IMG/VR virus record: IMGVR_UViG_3300029887_000004
Reading direction: 5' to 3' (one strand)
Source: a virus
Lineage: Duplodnaviria > Heunggongvirae > Uroviricota > Caudoviricetes
DNA: 64,000 nucleotides
How positions within the stretch are numbered: position 1 is the first letter of the stretch; every line of letters starts with the position of its first letter. Below the pieces are notes generated by a model. The model saw nothing but the letters and a program-made list of their open reading frames with translations, did not search any database and was not told where the DNA came from. Made by a program: the position numbers and the translations under genes. This document shows, piece by piece, positions 29,945-38,891 of the stretch.

Positions 29945-30559
29945 TTACCTATTTCCCCTAAAAGATGAAATATCTTTAATCTCTTCCCAGGTTCTAGGAC
30001 AATAATCAATCCAATCCATCATTGCACCAACATTATAAGCATATGGAAGGTTTCTGAATTTTTTCATTTCTTTATTCTCTGTATTTAATTCTCTTACTTT
30101 ATATCTGAGTTTTTTCAGGGATCCCTGATAGATAATATCGTCGAAGTTGCCATGTGTATGACCATAGAGAAGGACTGTATCTTTATAACAACCATTCCAT
30201 GAAAAGATAGGATAATGCGAAAGCACGATTTTTTGATTAATTCCGTTATGATTATCAGTAAGTTCGAAATAATCTACGACTGATTCAAATAGCTGTTTTA
30301 CTCTGTAATCTTGTAAACATTTTTCGTCATGATTCCCAACCACTAAAATTTTTTTAGATTTAAGTCTTGATATAACAGAACACAAATATTCATTGTCTTT
30401 GTTAGTTCCACATCTTCCAATATCACCTAGAATGAATGTTATATCATTATTATTAACAACAGAATTCCAGTTCTTAATAAGAATCTCATCATGCTCTAAA
30501 GCACGATGTTCAAAAGAATTCATGCATCCTATGTGTAAATCTGCAATATATCTATACAT
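29945..30559 (-). CDS. calcineurin-like metallophosphoesterase
   Basis: DLH...GDIG...GNHD...GHTH motifs present. Confidence 0.7.
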   Translation of the reverse strand: MYRYIADLHIGCMNSFEHRALEHDEILIKNWNSVVNNNDITFILGDIGRCGTNKDNEYLCSVISRLKSKKILVVGNHDEKCLQDYRVKQLFESVVDYFELTDNHNGINQKIVLSHYPIFSWNGCYKDTVLLYGHTHGNFDDIIYQGSLKKLRYKVRELNTENKEMKKFRNLPYAYNVGAMMDWIDYCPRTWEEIKDISSFRGNR

Positions 30560-30816
30560 TACTTTTCTCCATTAATTCTTCGCAGACATGTATTAAAACC
30601 TGCTGTCCAACCACGATCGAAACTACATAGATCTTCATTTCCGTTTTCTTCTTTTGGTAGCTCCTTTAATGGACACCCTTTCATTAACTCATCCCACGAA
30701 TCACCGGCATTGAAATTTGCATCATCATCTTGTACTATGCATTTATCTTCACTATTTAATAATAGACAATGTATGCATTTCTCTGGTGTGTCCATGACTA
30801 ATACTGATTTATTCAT
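30559..30816 (-). CDS. hypothetical Cys-rich protein
   Basis: 85-aa ORF. Confidence 0.45.
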   Translation of the reverse strand: MNKSVLVMDTPEKCIHCLLLNSEDKCIVQDDDANFNAGDSWDELMKGCPLKELPKEENGNEDLCSFDRGWTAGFNTCLRRINGEK

Positions 30817-30829
30817 ATTATATTCTCCC

Positions 30830-31459
30830 TCAATTCAATAACCCTTTGTCAATAATCTGGAAATTAGCTCTGTGAATATACAGCGCCTTTCCGTCAATCA
30901 TTAATTTTGTCGTTTTCGGCAGATCTTCGCATACCTCATAATACACACTATCACCAGAATAAGCACAAATCGGATCACCAAGCTGAGACTGGATGACGAC
31001 TACACGAGCCTTACCAAAATAATTCTTAAATCTATTGACAACGCTTGCAATAATAACATTCTCTCCAAGACTACCATCAGTTTTGCTATTGATTACTTCT
31101 GGACTCTGAAAATCCACATCAGGATTTAATCCTTTTTCAGCAAAAATCATTGTAGTTCCACAGTTCTCCACTTCCTTACCATCGATTGTAACCGTAACTA
31201 CGCTGGACAATTTTTTCGTATAACCCCAACTTCCGTCTGAATACGTTTCTTCTTCTACAATATTGGAATCCAGGTCAATTTTCTGTCCACTCATATCCAT
31301 GAACTTTTCACCTTCATTCGTATAAAATGAAGCATTATATGTATTACCCGTAATAGATCCATTTAGATCGTTTACTTCGCTATTCAACCCTTCGCATCCC
31401 GTAAGACATGATACCGCAAGTGCTGCCATTAGAATTCCTGCTACTAATTTTTTCTTCAT
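30830..31459 (-). CDS. lipoprotein (signal peptide with lipobox LTGC)
   Basis: N-terminus MKKKLVAGILMAALAVSCLTGCEG. Confidence 0.65.
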   Translation of the reverse strand: MKKKLVAGILMAALAVSCLTGCEGLNSEVNDLNGSITGNTYNASFYTNEGEKFMDMSGQKIDLDSNIVEEETYSDGSWGYTKKLSSVVTVTIDGKEVENCGTTMIFAEKGLNPDVDFQSPEVINSKTDGSLGENVIIASVVNRFKNYFGKARVVVIQSQLGDPICAYSGDSVYYEVCEDLPKTTKLMIDGKALYIHRANFQIIDKGLLN

Positions 31460-31525
31460 ATGTATTTTCTCCTTTATTTTTTTATAAATGTCACCCGTAG
31501 CTATGACACCACGGATGACAAAATA

Positions 31526-32452
31526 TTATTCTCCAATACTTACGATAGGAGTATTACTTCCCTGTACCTGCGGAACATCGCCGCTCCACTTTTCAATCTT
31601 CTGCTTTTCGATAAGCTCTGGAGTAAGAGATTCTGCAATCTTTTTATTCGCTTCAGCTTCCGCCTCTGCTTTGATTCTTGTAGCTTCCGCTTCACCTTCA
31701 GCCTGGATCTTCTTCTGCTCTGCTTCGATTGTAGCCTTTTCTTTTTCCTGTTCTGCAGCAATAAGAGCCACTTCTTTATCTTTATCGGCCTGTACCTTAG
31801 CTGTCTTTGCTTCGATATTTGCCAGCTCAAGTTCCTGCTGTGCAGTTACTTTTCTCTGGATCGCTGCAGACGTCTCCGAATCCGTTACAATATTGGTAAA
31901 ATTAACAGTGTCAATAACAATACCATATGGCTCAAATTTTTGTTTCAGATATACATCAAGAGCTTCATTTAATTCCTGACGTTTGTCCCCAAATACATCA
32001 GTAACAGGGAATTTTGCTGTAACTTCCTGTGTCCAAGCTCTCATTTTAGGCTTGATAAATGTATTCTTCACTGTCTCACCAGACTGACCTTTAAACATTG
32101 TAAAAGTTTTAGTAATTCTATCTGGATCAAATTTGTAAGAGAACTCAAGATCTACAGTAAGAGATTTTCCGTCAGATGTTGGTGTAGAAAAACTTTCATC
32201 TTTTGGAGAATCACCCTTATCTTCGGATGTAAGGTATGACTGCTCAATACCAACCGAATATGTAGTTACTTTTTTCGTAGGAGATACAAAATGCCATCCC
32301 TGTGTTAGCACCTGATCGGAAATTCCGCTTGAGAAGTTATACACAACTCCTACATATCCTGCTGGAACTCTTTCCATACATTTGATACCAACGATCAAAC
32401 CTGCTGCAAGAACTACTCCTAAAACAATTCCGCCTAATTTACCATTTTTCAT
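31526..32452 (-). CDS. SPFH/band-7 (prohibitin/HflKC-like) membrane protein
   Basis: N-terminal TM helix, SPFH core, and a long Ala/Glu/Lys coiled-coil tail. Confidence 0.8.
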   Translation of the reverse strand: MKNGKLGGIVLGVVLAAGLIVGIKCMERVPAGYVGVVYNFSSGISDQVLTQGWHFVSPTKKVTTYSVGIEQSYLTSEDKGDSPKDESFSTPTSDGKSLTVDLEFSYKFDPDRITKTFTMFKGQSGETVKNTFIKPKMRAWTQEVTAKFPVTDVFGDKRQELNEALDVYLKQKFEPYGIVIDTVNFTNIVTDSETSAAIQRKVTAQQELELANIEAKTAKVQADKDKEVALIAAEQEKEKATIEAEQKKIQAEGEAEATRIKAEAEAEANKKIAESLTPELIEKQKIEKWSGDVPQVQGSNTPIVSIGE

Positions 32453-32619
32453 TTTTCTTTCTTCTCCTTTTCTTTATGTTTTTCATCGTCTTCCATTGTT
32501 TCTATCGTATCGTCTATGATACGAAGTAGGAATTTTCCTAATGGCTGGAACAGAAAAGTCAACAGAAACCATAAAATTACTGTAACTAATACTGCTCCAA
32601 GGATCAAAATTGGATTCAC
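32449..32619 (-). CDS. small membrane protein (56 aa, GTG start) translationally coupled to the SPFH gene (NfeD-like partner)
   Basis: RBS GGAGGTGATGAT-GTG; reads VNPILILGAVLVTVILWFLLTFLFQPLGKF...; its TGA stop overlaps the SPFH start as ATGA. Not in the ORF track because it is under 60 aa with a non-ATG start. Confidence 0.5.
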   Translation of the reverse strand: MNPILILGAVLVTVILWFLLTFLFQPLGKFLLRIIDDTIETMEDDEKHKEKEKKEK

Positions 32620-32636
32620 ATCATCACCTCCTCATC

Positions 32637-32915
32637 TTAGATGTTTCCAAAAATTTCATTCTTGACTTTATACTCTCTATGGTCTTTTTTTTCAATATTT
32701 CCTATAAAATTTTCTTTGTTAGTGAACGAGTTATAGCAAACTTCATGCAGAAGCATATTTGGAATATATTTATGATTATTAATCATCAAAATAACATTTT
32801 CGTCAGATCCTATATTTTCATTACAACAATAGCATTTTCTTGGATTCAAATACATTTGTAATTTTTTAAGATGATATACTTTAACAAATGAATCTTTATA
32901 ATTTATTGTTTCCAC
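32637..32915 (-). CDS. hypothetical Cys-rich protein
   Basis: 92-aa ORF. Confidence 0.45.
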   Translation of the reverse strand: METINYKDSFVKVYHLKKLQMYLNPRKCYCCNENIGSDENVILMINNHKYIPNMLLHEVCYNSFTNKENFIGNIEKKDHREYKVKNEIFGNI

Positions 32916-32947
32916 TATTAAATCACCTCCATCATGAAAGACGCATT

Positions 32948-33571
32948 TTATTCTATGTTTGTAACAACAGGATGTGTCTCCTTGTATCTATCTTGTTCTT
33001 TTAAACATTTTCTATAGTAATCCGTCGATTTTAAACTTTGATCTTTACTGTTTTTCAAATCATTACAATACAAACATCTGTAACGTTCATGTTCTTCAAG
33101 ATCTCCTGCATCATACAATTCTACTACCATATCTTTTGTGCATAATCTATTGCAATCACAGCACGTAACAATATCTTCATATGTAATACCAAGTTGTTGT
33201 TCGATGATGTCAATAAAATACCCTAAAATAAAATGCCTATCAATAAGCATATCCGTAATTTCGCCATCAAATAAATCGGCATCATACCATGGTAACGTTC
33301 TACTATAATTATAAAGTTCCTCAGATCCTGTTAGCATACAAGCCTTAAAGAATGCTGCTGAATAACCACCTGTTCCTGTATTCACTGGAACACTATATTC
33401 TGCAAATGCATCAAGTTTATAGTATCCATGAATTCTAAAAAGTTGATCACGAAATTCTTTTAAAAATTCATCTGTAACAAGCTTTTTGATGTTTTCTGGC
33501 ATGTGATATTCTACATGGACATCTTTTCCTTCTCCTACTATGGGCATAATCATTTCCTCCTCTTCATCCAA
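32948..33571 (-). CDS. hypothetical protein
   Basis: 207-aa ORF with a C-terminal Cys cluster. Confidence 0.5.
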   Translation of the reverse strand: MDEEEEMIMPIVGEGKDVHVEYHMPENIKKLVTDEFLKEFRDQLFRIHGYYKLDAFAEYSVPVNTGTGGYSAAFFKACMLTGSEELYNYSRTLPWYDADLFDGEITDMLIDRHFILGYFIDIIEQQLGITYEDIVTCCDCNRLCTKDMVVELYDAGDLEEHERYRCLYCNDLKNSKDQSLKSTDYYRKCLKEQDRYKETHPVVTNIE

Positions 33572-33803
33572 CTGCTCCGAACACAGTCATATCTATATAT
33601 ACCGGTTCTTCAGGATGATAACCCTTAGATACGTCATCCTCATATTTTTCTTTTAATCTTGTATTTTTCTTTTCTGCGTACTCACGCATTTCTGAAATCG
33701 TAGCATCATCATATTCTACATGATTGTAGATATAATTATTTAGCTTTCGTTCCAAAATATATTCTCTCTTAAAAATATTATCTATTCTTTTTAATCCATT
33801 CAT
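33564..33803 (-). CDS. hypothetical protein
   Basis: 79-aa ORF. Confidence 0.4.
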   Translation of the reverse strand: MNGLKRIDNIFKREYILERKLNNYIYNHVEYDDATISEMREYAEKKNTRLKEKYEDDVSKGYHPEEPVYIDMTVFGAVG

Positions 33804-34053
33804 TAAAGCTTAAATCATACATATTATTCATCCTGTATCCATTTTTAAGATAATCCAATAAATCTTTAATGAATTGTGTTATTCCTCCAAGAGTACTAAC
33901 CTTGTATTTATAGTTTCCTACACAGAATCCAATATATTCTAATGCTTTGTCGTACCCATATTTTCTCTGGTTATAAATTAGTTCGTGATATTCGTCTTCT
34001 GTAAAAGTATAAGTCTTGACTGTTTGAGTAACTTTTTCTTCTTTAATTTCCAC
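33778..34053 (-). CDS. hypothetical protein
   Basis: 91-aa ORF. Confidence 0.45.
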   Translation of the reverse strand: MEIKEEKVTQTVKTYTFTEDEYHELIYNQRKYGYDKALEYIGFCVGNYKYKVSTLGGITQFIKDLLDYLKNGYRMNNMYDLSFNEWIKKNR

Positions 34054-34071
34054 GCTGCATCCTTCCTCAAT

Positions 34072-34443
34072 TTAATACGCATAGTCATAAGATAAATAAT
34101 ATCCTTGATCAGATAGCTTTTTAAACCATTCAATGCGAGATCTCATATTAACCTTATCTATCTCTCTTCCGTCTAAAATTCTCTGGCAAATCTCAGTCAT
34201 TTCTTTTGGATCAATCAGATGTAAATCTTGATCTTCTGAATCGAGCCATTCTCCTTGTATAGCAGGTATTCTCTTTCCACTATATTTTTCGATCAAATCT
34301 TGCACCAAGCCAATATTATATTCAGAATGTGATGTGCTGCCTCCGCCAATATATTCGATGTCTGAATCATCATAGTCATACATCGTGGTTCCTTTATGGA
34401 TGTGTATTTTGTATGATTTGAACCAATTGAATCCTACTGACAC
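34072..34443 (-). CDS. hypothetical protein
   Basis: 123-aa ORF. Confidence 0.5.
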   Translation of the reverse strand: MSVGFNWFKSYKIHIHKGTTMYDYDDSDIEYIGGGSTSHSEYNIGLVQDLIEKYSGKRIPAIQGEWLDSEDQDLHLIDPKEMTEICQRILDGREIDKVNMRSRIEWFKKLSDQGYYLSYDYAY

Positions 34444-34486
34444 ATCATTCTCCTTTCACATATTTTGCAATGAAAACAACATTTCA

Positions 34487-34657
34487 TTAGTTTTTGTCAA
34501 CCGTTATCATAAATATATTTTTATCGCCATCTTCGTTTTCTCTCATCCAGCGTACTCTAAATCCTTGATTTTTAAGGCTTTTTAGATCATCATCTGTTAA
34601 ATATGTTGGATTTAAGGCAATTTCTTCGATTTTGTAACCATTTATAACTTTTTCCAT
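34487..34657 (-). CDS. small hypothetical protein (56 aa)
   Basis: Open frame in an otherwise unannotated 245-bp gap, with a weak RBS. Confidence 0.3.
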   Translation of the reverse strand: MEKVINGYKIEEIALNPTYLTDDDLKSLKNQGFRVRWMRENEDGDKNIFMITVDKN

Positions 34658-34688
34658 AATTTTTCACCAGATGAAATTTCGATTTCAT

Positions 34689-35585
34689 TTATTCATTCTC
34701 TGTCACAATTCGCCTAAACATCTCATCTGTAGAATCTATCAGATCATATCTTTTATCCATTGGCGCTGTTGAACTTTTTGCAAATTTTCTTTCTACCATG
34801 TCAATATAGTAAGTAAAATTGCCATCATCGCCCATGTAAAATTCTTCCCATTCTTTGTCCGTAAAGAAACGTCGCATATTAAGCTGTTCGATGGCTAGAT
34901 TGTCAAATGACACAACTTTGAATTTGTCGTAAATGTTACAGATGTTCTCTTTCAACCACATCTGTCTTACTACAATATTTTCATGATCTTCTGTATACCA
35001 ATCAGTCCCTCTACGGAGCTGCTTATAGCCCAGGATCAGCATCTTCAGATTATTATTCTGTAATGCTTCAATATCTGATGGTTTTAAAATTCCATTAATA
35101 ACATGGAGTACTACATTTGGATACTGCTTTATCATGGAGATGAATTTTTCCGTTGGATTGACAAGTGATACACCAAGACCGTAGATCAGTTTTTCATTAA
35201 CTAATCTTTTTATCAGATCCTGTTTTTGTTCAAAATGAATCTGATTTACAGTAATATTCGCAATTACTTTTCGTTCTTTAAGTTTTTGTAGGAATGGAAT
35301 TACATCAGGATGTGTAGTGATATCACCGCCACCGATTGCTACCTCCTGATATGGATGTAAAGTATCAATAAACTTTTCGTTCATAATATCTCCATGTCTG
35401 CCATTTTCCGTACTTCCTTCATGACACATAGGACAATTTCGATCGCAACAATTTGTTATTTTGATATCCATATTTTCTGCAAAATCCGGAATAAACTCAT
35501 CATCATTTGTTTTTCTGATCTTTGTCCCATCGCTCAATATAAGAGTACGATAATTGCCATTTTTATAAGCTCCTAATAATTCCAT
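34689..35585 (-). CDS. radical SAM domain protein (CxxxCxxC)
   Basis: NCCDRNCPMCH gives a Cx3Cx2C motif, with a glycine-rich GGGD segment after it. Confidence 0.6.
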   Translation of the reverse strand: MELLGAYKNGNYRTLILSDGTKIRKTNDDEFIPDFAENMDIKITNCCDRNCPMCHEGSTENGRHGDIMNEKFIDTLHPYQEVAIGGGDITTHPDVIPFLQKLKERKVIANITVNQIHFEQKQDLIKRLVNEKLIYGLGVSLVNPTEKFISMIKQYPNVVLHVINGILKPSDIEALQNNNLKMLILGYKQLRRGTDWYTEDHENIVVRQMWLKENICNIYDKFKVVSFDNLAIEQLNMRRFFTDKEWEEFYMGDDGNFTYYIDMVERKFAKSSTAPMDKRYDLIDSTDEMFRRIVTENE

Positions 35586-35608
35586 TCCTATAATCCTCCT
35601 AAATTTTA

Positions 35609-36019
35609 TCAGCAGTCATACCCATTATAGCCGAACGTAATAACAGTGTCCCCATTCTCTGTTGTGAATGATTCTTCAAAAGTTTCCCAATCTTCGCACC
35701 ATTCATTCCAAAAATAATCATAATCATACCATTCATTTTCATGAAGAAAATCCAAAAGATCTCCTTCTGTGTCGTATGTAAAATTTGGATGATACTTGCT
35801 AGATTTTTCAAAGGTGATTGCTTCTTCTTTTGTATAAAAATGATTTACTTGAGGTTTGTTGCCATCTGGATAAGCATAGCCACTTCCTCTAAATAGAAAT
35901 ACTTTTCCTTGCTCCCATTTATCATAATCGCTTTTATTACACATTACGAGCGAGTGAACCGAGCTACTATTTGTTTCAAATGTTCCTTTTCTAATTTGTG
36001 TTTTCATCTTTCCCACCAT
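35609..36019 (-). CDS. hypothetical protein, paralog family MKTQIRxGxFExNSSSxHSL
   Basis: Its N-terminus is conserved with that of the adjacent gene. Confidence 0.5.
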   Translation of the reverse strand: MVGKMKTQIRKGTFETNSSSVHSLVMCNKSDYDKWEQGKVFLFRGSGYAYPDGNKPQVNHFYTKEEAITFEKSSKYHPNFTYDTEGDLLDFLHENEWYDYDYFWNEWCEDWETFEESFTTENGDTVITFGYNGYDC

Positions 36020-36750
36020 TCCCCTTCTGGATATTCATGATCAATTGCATCCATATTGATTAAACCTGCTTCTTTCATTCCAGAAAAATAGCATGTTTCA
36101 TCTCCATCCTGAATTACTACATATTTTTTGTTAGAAATAAACTCTTCTAATGTGATATTCTCTTTTTTTAAAAATCCACTAAGGATATCTTCATCCACAG
36201 AACCAGTATCTGGAATATTGAATCTCCAGAATTCATTTTCTGAATCAGTCCAATAATTAATTTCAATTCCATATTGTTCTTCTTTGTCAGAAAGAAACTT
36301 GTTTAACTTTTCTTCCGTCATTCCTTCCTGGTAATAATTGTCTGCATTATATTCTTCGTTATCTTTATTCGGAATATATTTACATTTTTTTGGAAGTTCA
36401 ATTTTCTTTAATGTCGGCACATATTTCTTAACAATTCGTAATAATTCTTTATATGTATCATCATTATATTCTTCAACCAACGAAGCACAAGCATATAGCC
36501 ATTTATCAGAAAAACTTGCTAATGCCCTAAATGGAGATCTTCCAAAATATAAATCTCCCTCATATGGTATCCAAATACAATTTTTCTCTCCTGTTTTTGA
36601 ATCATTCCATAACCACATATCATGAGTAATTTCTTGTGGAGTATATTTACCTTCATTTTTCATCACGCAAAGCGAATGCATACTTGATGAATTTGATTCA
36701 AACACACCCATTCTAATTTGAGTTTTCATATTTCCTTTTCTTCTATTCAA
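36004..36750 (-). CDS. hypothetical protein, paralog family MKTQIRxGxFExNSSSxHSL
   Basis: 248 aa, tandem paralog of 35609..36019. Confidence 0.55.
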   Translation of the reverse strand: MNRRKGNMKTQIRMGVFESNSSSMHSLCVMKNEGKYTPQEITHDMWLWNDSKTGEKNCIWIPYEGDLYFGRSPFRALASFSDKWLYACASLVEEYNDDTYKELLRIVKKYVPTLKKIELPKKCKYIPNKDNEEYNADNYYQEGMTEEKLNKFLSDKEEQYGIEINYWTDSENEFWRFNIPDTGSVDEDILSGFLKKENITLEEFISNKKYVVIQDGDETCYFSGMKEAGLINMDAIDHEYPEGEWWER

Positions 36751-37054
36751 AAATACAAATCATACCATTATTATCGACACCTGCAGTCTCATCAAAATAA
36801 ATATAGGGCCATGTAATCCCTGAAATAACGTCAAAATTCATATCATGTGTAGCAATTTCTTTATCACCATATTTCTCCATCGCTTTCTGTAGTAGTTCGA
36901 TAAAGTCCGAAATTTTATATACATTGTCTTTATCGAATGTCAATGCTTTTGTTATATGCTTATCAAGACATTCAAAATCTTCCTCGATGATCTTATTCAT
37001 CCATATCTCCTCTACAAATTTTATTAGCATTTTCTTTGCCGTACACAACTTCAT
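36743..37054 (-). CDS. hypothetical protein
   Basis: 103-aa ORF. Confidence 0.45.
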   Translation of the reverse strand: MKLCTAKKMLIKFVEEIWMNKIIEEDFECLDKHITKALTFDKDNVYKISDFIELLQKAMEKYGDKEIATHDMNFDVISGITWPYIYFDETAGVDNNGMICIFE

Positions 37055-37271
37055 CTGCCAGTTTTCGAGAAATACGGCTAACCTGCTTTAATCCCTCTCT
37101 GATAATTGTTCCGCTCGGCTGCTGATGATCTTCGATAAATTCGATCCACTGATCTTCGTTTAGAATGTTTCTTTCACTTTCATATACTACTGCATAGTTC
37201 AGTTCCCGTTTCACAAGGTGAAGTGTTTTGATCATGCAGTCAATATCATCTAATACATCTTTAATCGGCAC
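36993..37271 (-). CDS. hypothetical protein
   Basis: 92-aa ORF. Confidence 0.45.
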   Translation of the reverse strand: MPIKDVLDDIDCMIKTLHLVKRELNYAVVYESERNILNEDQWIEFIEDHQQPSGTIIREGLKQVSRISRKLADEVVYGKENANKICRGDMDE

Positions 37272-37398
37272 TGGTTTTTTGTCCTCTCTTTATGTAAATA
37301 GTTATATGTTTCTATGTAAGATTATTCTCTTAGAATCCATTTTCAAAAAGCGTTCTACAATTTATATACCTAGTAAATTAGAATTGATTGTAGAACGC

Positions 37399-38880
37399 TC
37401 ATGATATCAAATTATTAAAGTTATTTTGGATTGTTGATTCTACGGCATTGTTTCGTGCTTTGTACTCCCAAATAAAACCTCGACATGATTTTTGTCTATG
37501 TGCACAACATGCTTGTATATTTGTATGTGCTATCATAAAAAAATTTGCTGCTTCGGTTATGCTGCTCCATTCTTTAATAATATTTCCATTTTTATCTTTT
37601 TGATAAACTGCTTTTGCTGATGTTTTATTTGGAGAAGATGCCCATTTAATTGCATCTTCTATGTTCAAATTATCATCGTCATGTGCCCATGCATATCCAC
37701 CAGCTGTTTTACAATGTCTTTTACAGCAGTCTGAAATTTGACCATATGAAATTCCTGTCCTTCTATGTGCTTCTTTCAAGCTTTCATATCTAGCAACAAT
37801 AGTCCTCGTATTGATATCAATTTGAACAACTTTTCTTTTTGGTACAAGTTTATGTTTGATCTGATATTCGTTCTTTATATCTTGTGATGTAAAAATAAAA
37901 TTTTTATTTGTGATATTATTTTCAAAAATTTCTTGATAAAATTTTTCAAATATTTGTTCCTTTACATTAAAATTTGTATATTTAATTAATAAAAGTGGTA
38001 TTTGGTTTTTATTACAATATGATGTCTTTATCTCATCCTTATGTTTTCTATCTTGAAAATTTTCTTCTTTTACTAAATCAGATTCTCCACAAAACGTAAA
38101 TGGAGTATAATGTTGTTGGCCTTGTAATTCAATTAAAAACATTAGCTCTTTATTGACTGGATGGAATATAGCAAAATCAAAAGGAAGACGTTCTTTATCT
38201 TTACAATCTTCAAATTTATACTGGGATATATACTGTATGTTCTTCTGCTGAATATATTTTTCTAGTTCATATTCTGCTGCAGATATAAGACATCCACATG
38301 ATTTTTTATGCCCAGAACATAGTTCAGATGTACATGCAATACAAGTATTTTCACATTCACATTTACAATACCAATACTGTTTCCCGTCTTTTATAAACGC
38401 TCTTTTATATGGCGTTAATTTTCCAAAATGCTGATTTGTTATATCTTTTGCTAAAATTTTTCTCATTTTTTCAGTTCTAACACAACCACAACTTGTTGTA
38501 TGTCCCGATCTTAAATGTGTATCTGTGACATTTACAATATTTCCACAATCACATATACATTCCCATATAACTTTTGTTGAACCATTTGGTTGCATTTTAT
38601 TCTCTAAACGACTTAATACTACTAATCTTCCAAATCTTTGTCCGACTTTTGTACCAGTCTCTTGTTGATTTGGTTTGCAGTTTTCACAATATTGATAATT
38701 ATTATTACGAACTTTATATGCATTAAGTTCTTTAATATTTCCACAATTTATACATTCGCATACATAGTATGGTTTTGATTGTCCACTTGGTGTTATTCTG
38801 CTCTCTGCCATTCCTATAATTCTATAACACCCATATATCATTCCAATTTTATCTTTTGATTTGTTTCTAATATTTAGCAC
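37399..38880 (-). CDS. homing endonuclease: N-terminal zinc fingers, Vsr/DUF559-like nuclease core (FDFAIF...LIELQGQQH), two C-terminal NUMOD/IENR-type DNA-binding repeats
   Basis: Tandem C-terminal repeats IVARYESLKEAHRRTGISYGQISDCCK and IIKEWSSITEAANFFMIAHTNIQACCAHR. The gene is immediately adjacent to the disrupted pncB. Confidence 0.6.
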   Translation of the reverse strand: MLNIRNKSKDKIGMIYGCYRIIGMAESRITPSGQSKPYYVCECINCGNIKELNAYKVRNNNYQYCENCKPNQQETGTKVGQRFGRLVVLSRLENKMQPNGSTKVIWECICDCGNIVNVTDTHLRSGHTTSCGCVRTEKMRKILAKDITNQHFGKLTPYKRAFIKDGKQYWYCKCECENTCIACTSELCSGHKKSCGCLISAAEYELEKYIQQKNIQYISQYKFEDCKDKERLPFDFAIFHPVNKELMFLIELQGQQHYTPFTFCGESDLVKEENFQDRKHKDEIKTSYCNKNQIPLLLIKYTNFNVKEQIFEKFYQEIFENNITNKNFIFTSQDIKNEYQIKHKLVPKRKVVQIDINTRTIVARYESLKEAHRRTGISYGQISDCCKRHCKTAGGYAWAHDDDNLNIEDAIKWASSPNKTSAKAVYQKDKNGNIIKEWSSITEAANFFMIAHTNIQACCAHRQKSCRGFIWEYKARNNAVESTIQNNFNNLIS

Positions 38881-38891
38881 CTCTTTTTATT

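Noticed and set aside
31460-31979. Plus-strand ORFs 31460..31972, 31488..31979 and minus 31540..31830
   Set aside because: Low-complexity alternative frames lying entirely inside the well-supported SPFH gene.
35599-35811. 70-aa ORF overlapping 35609..36019
   Set aside because: Alternative frame of a gene with a conserved paralog.
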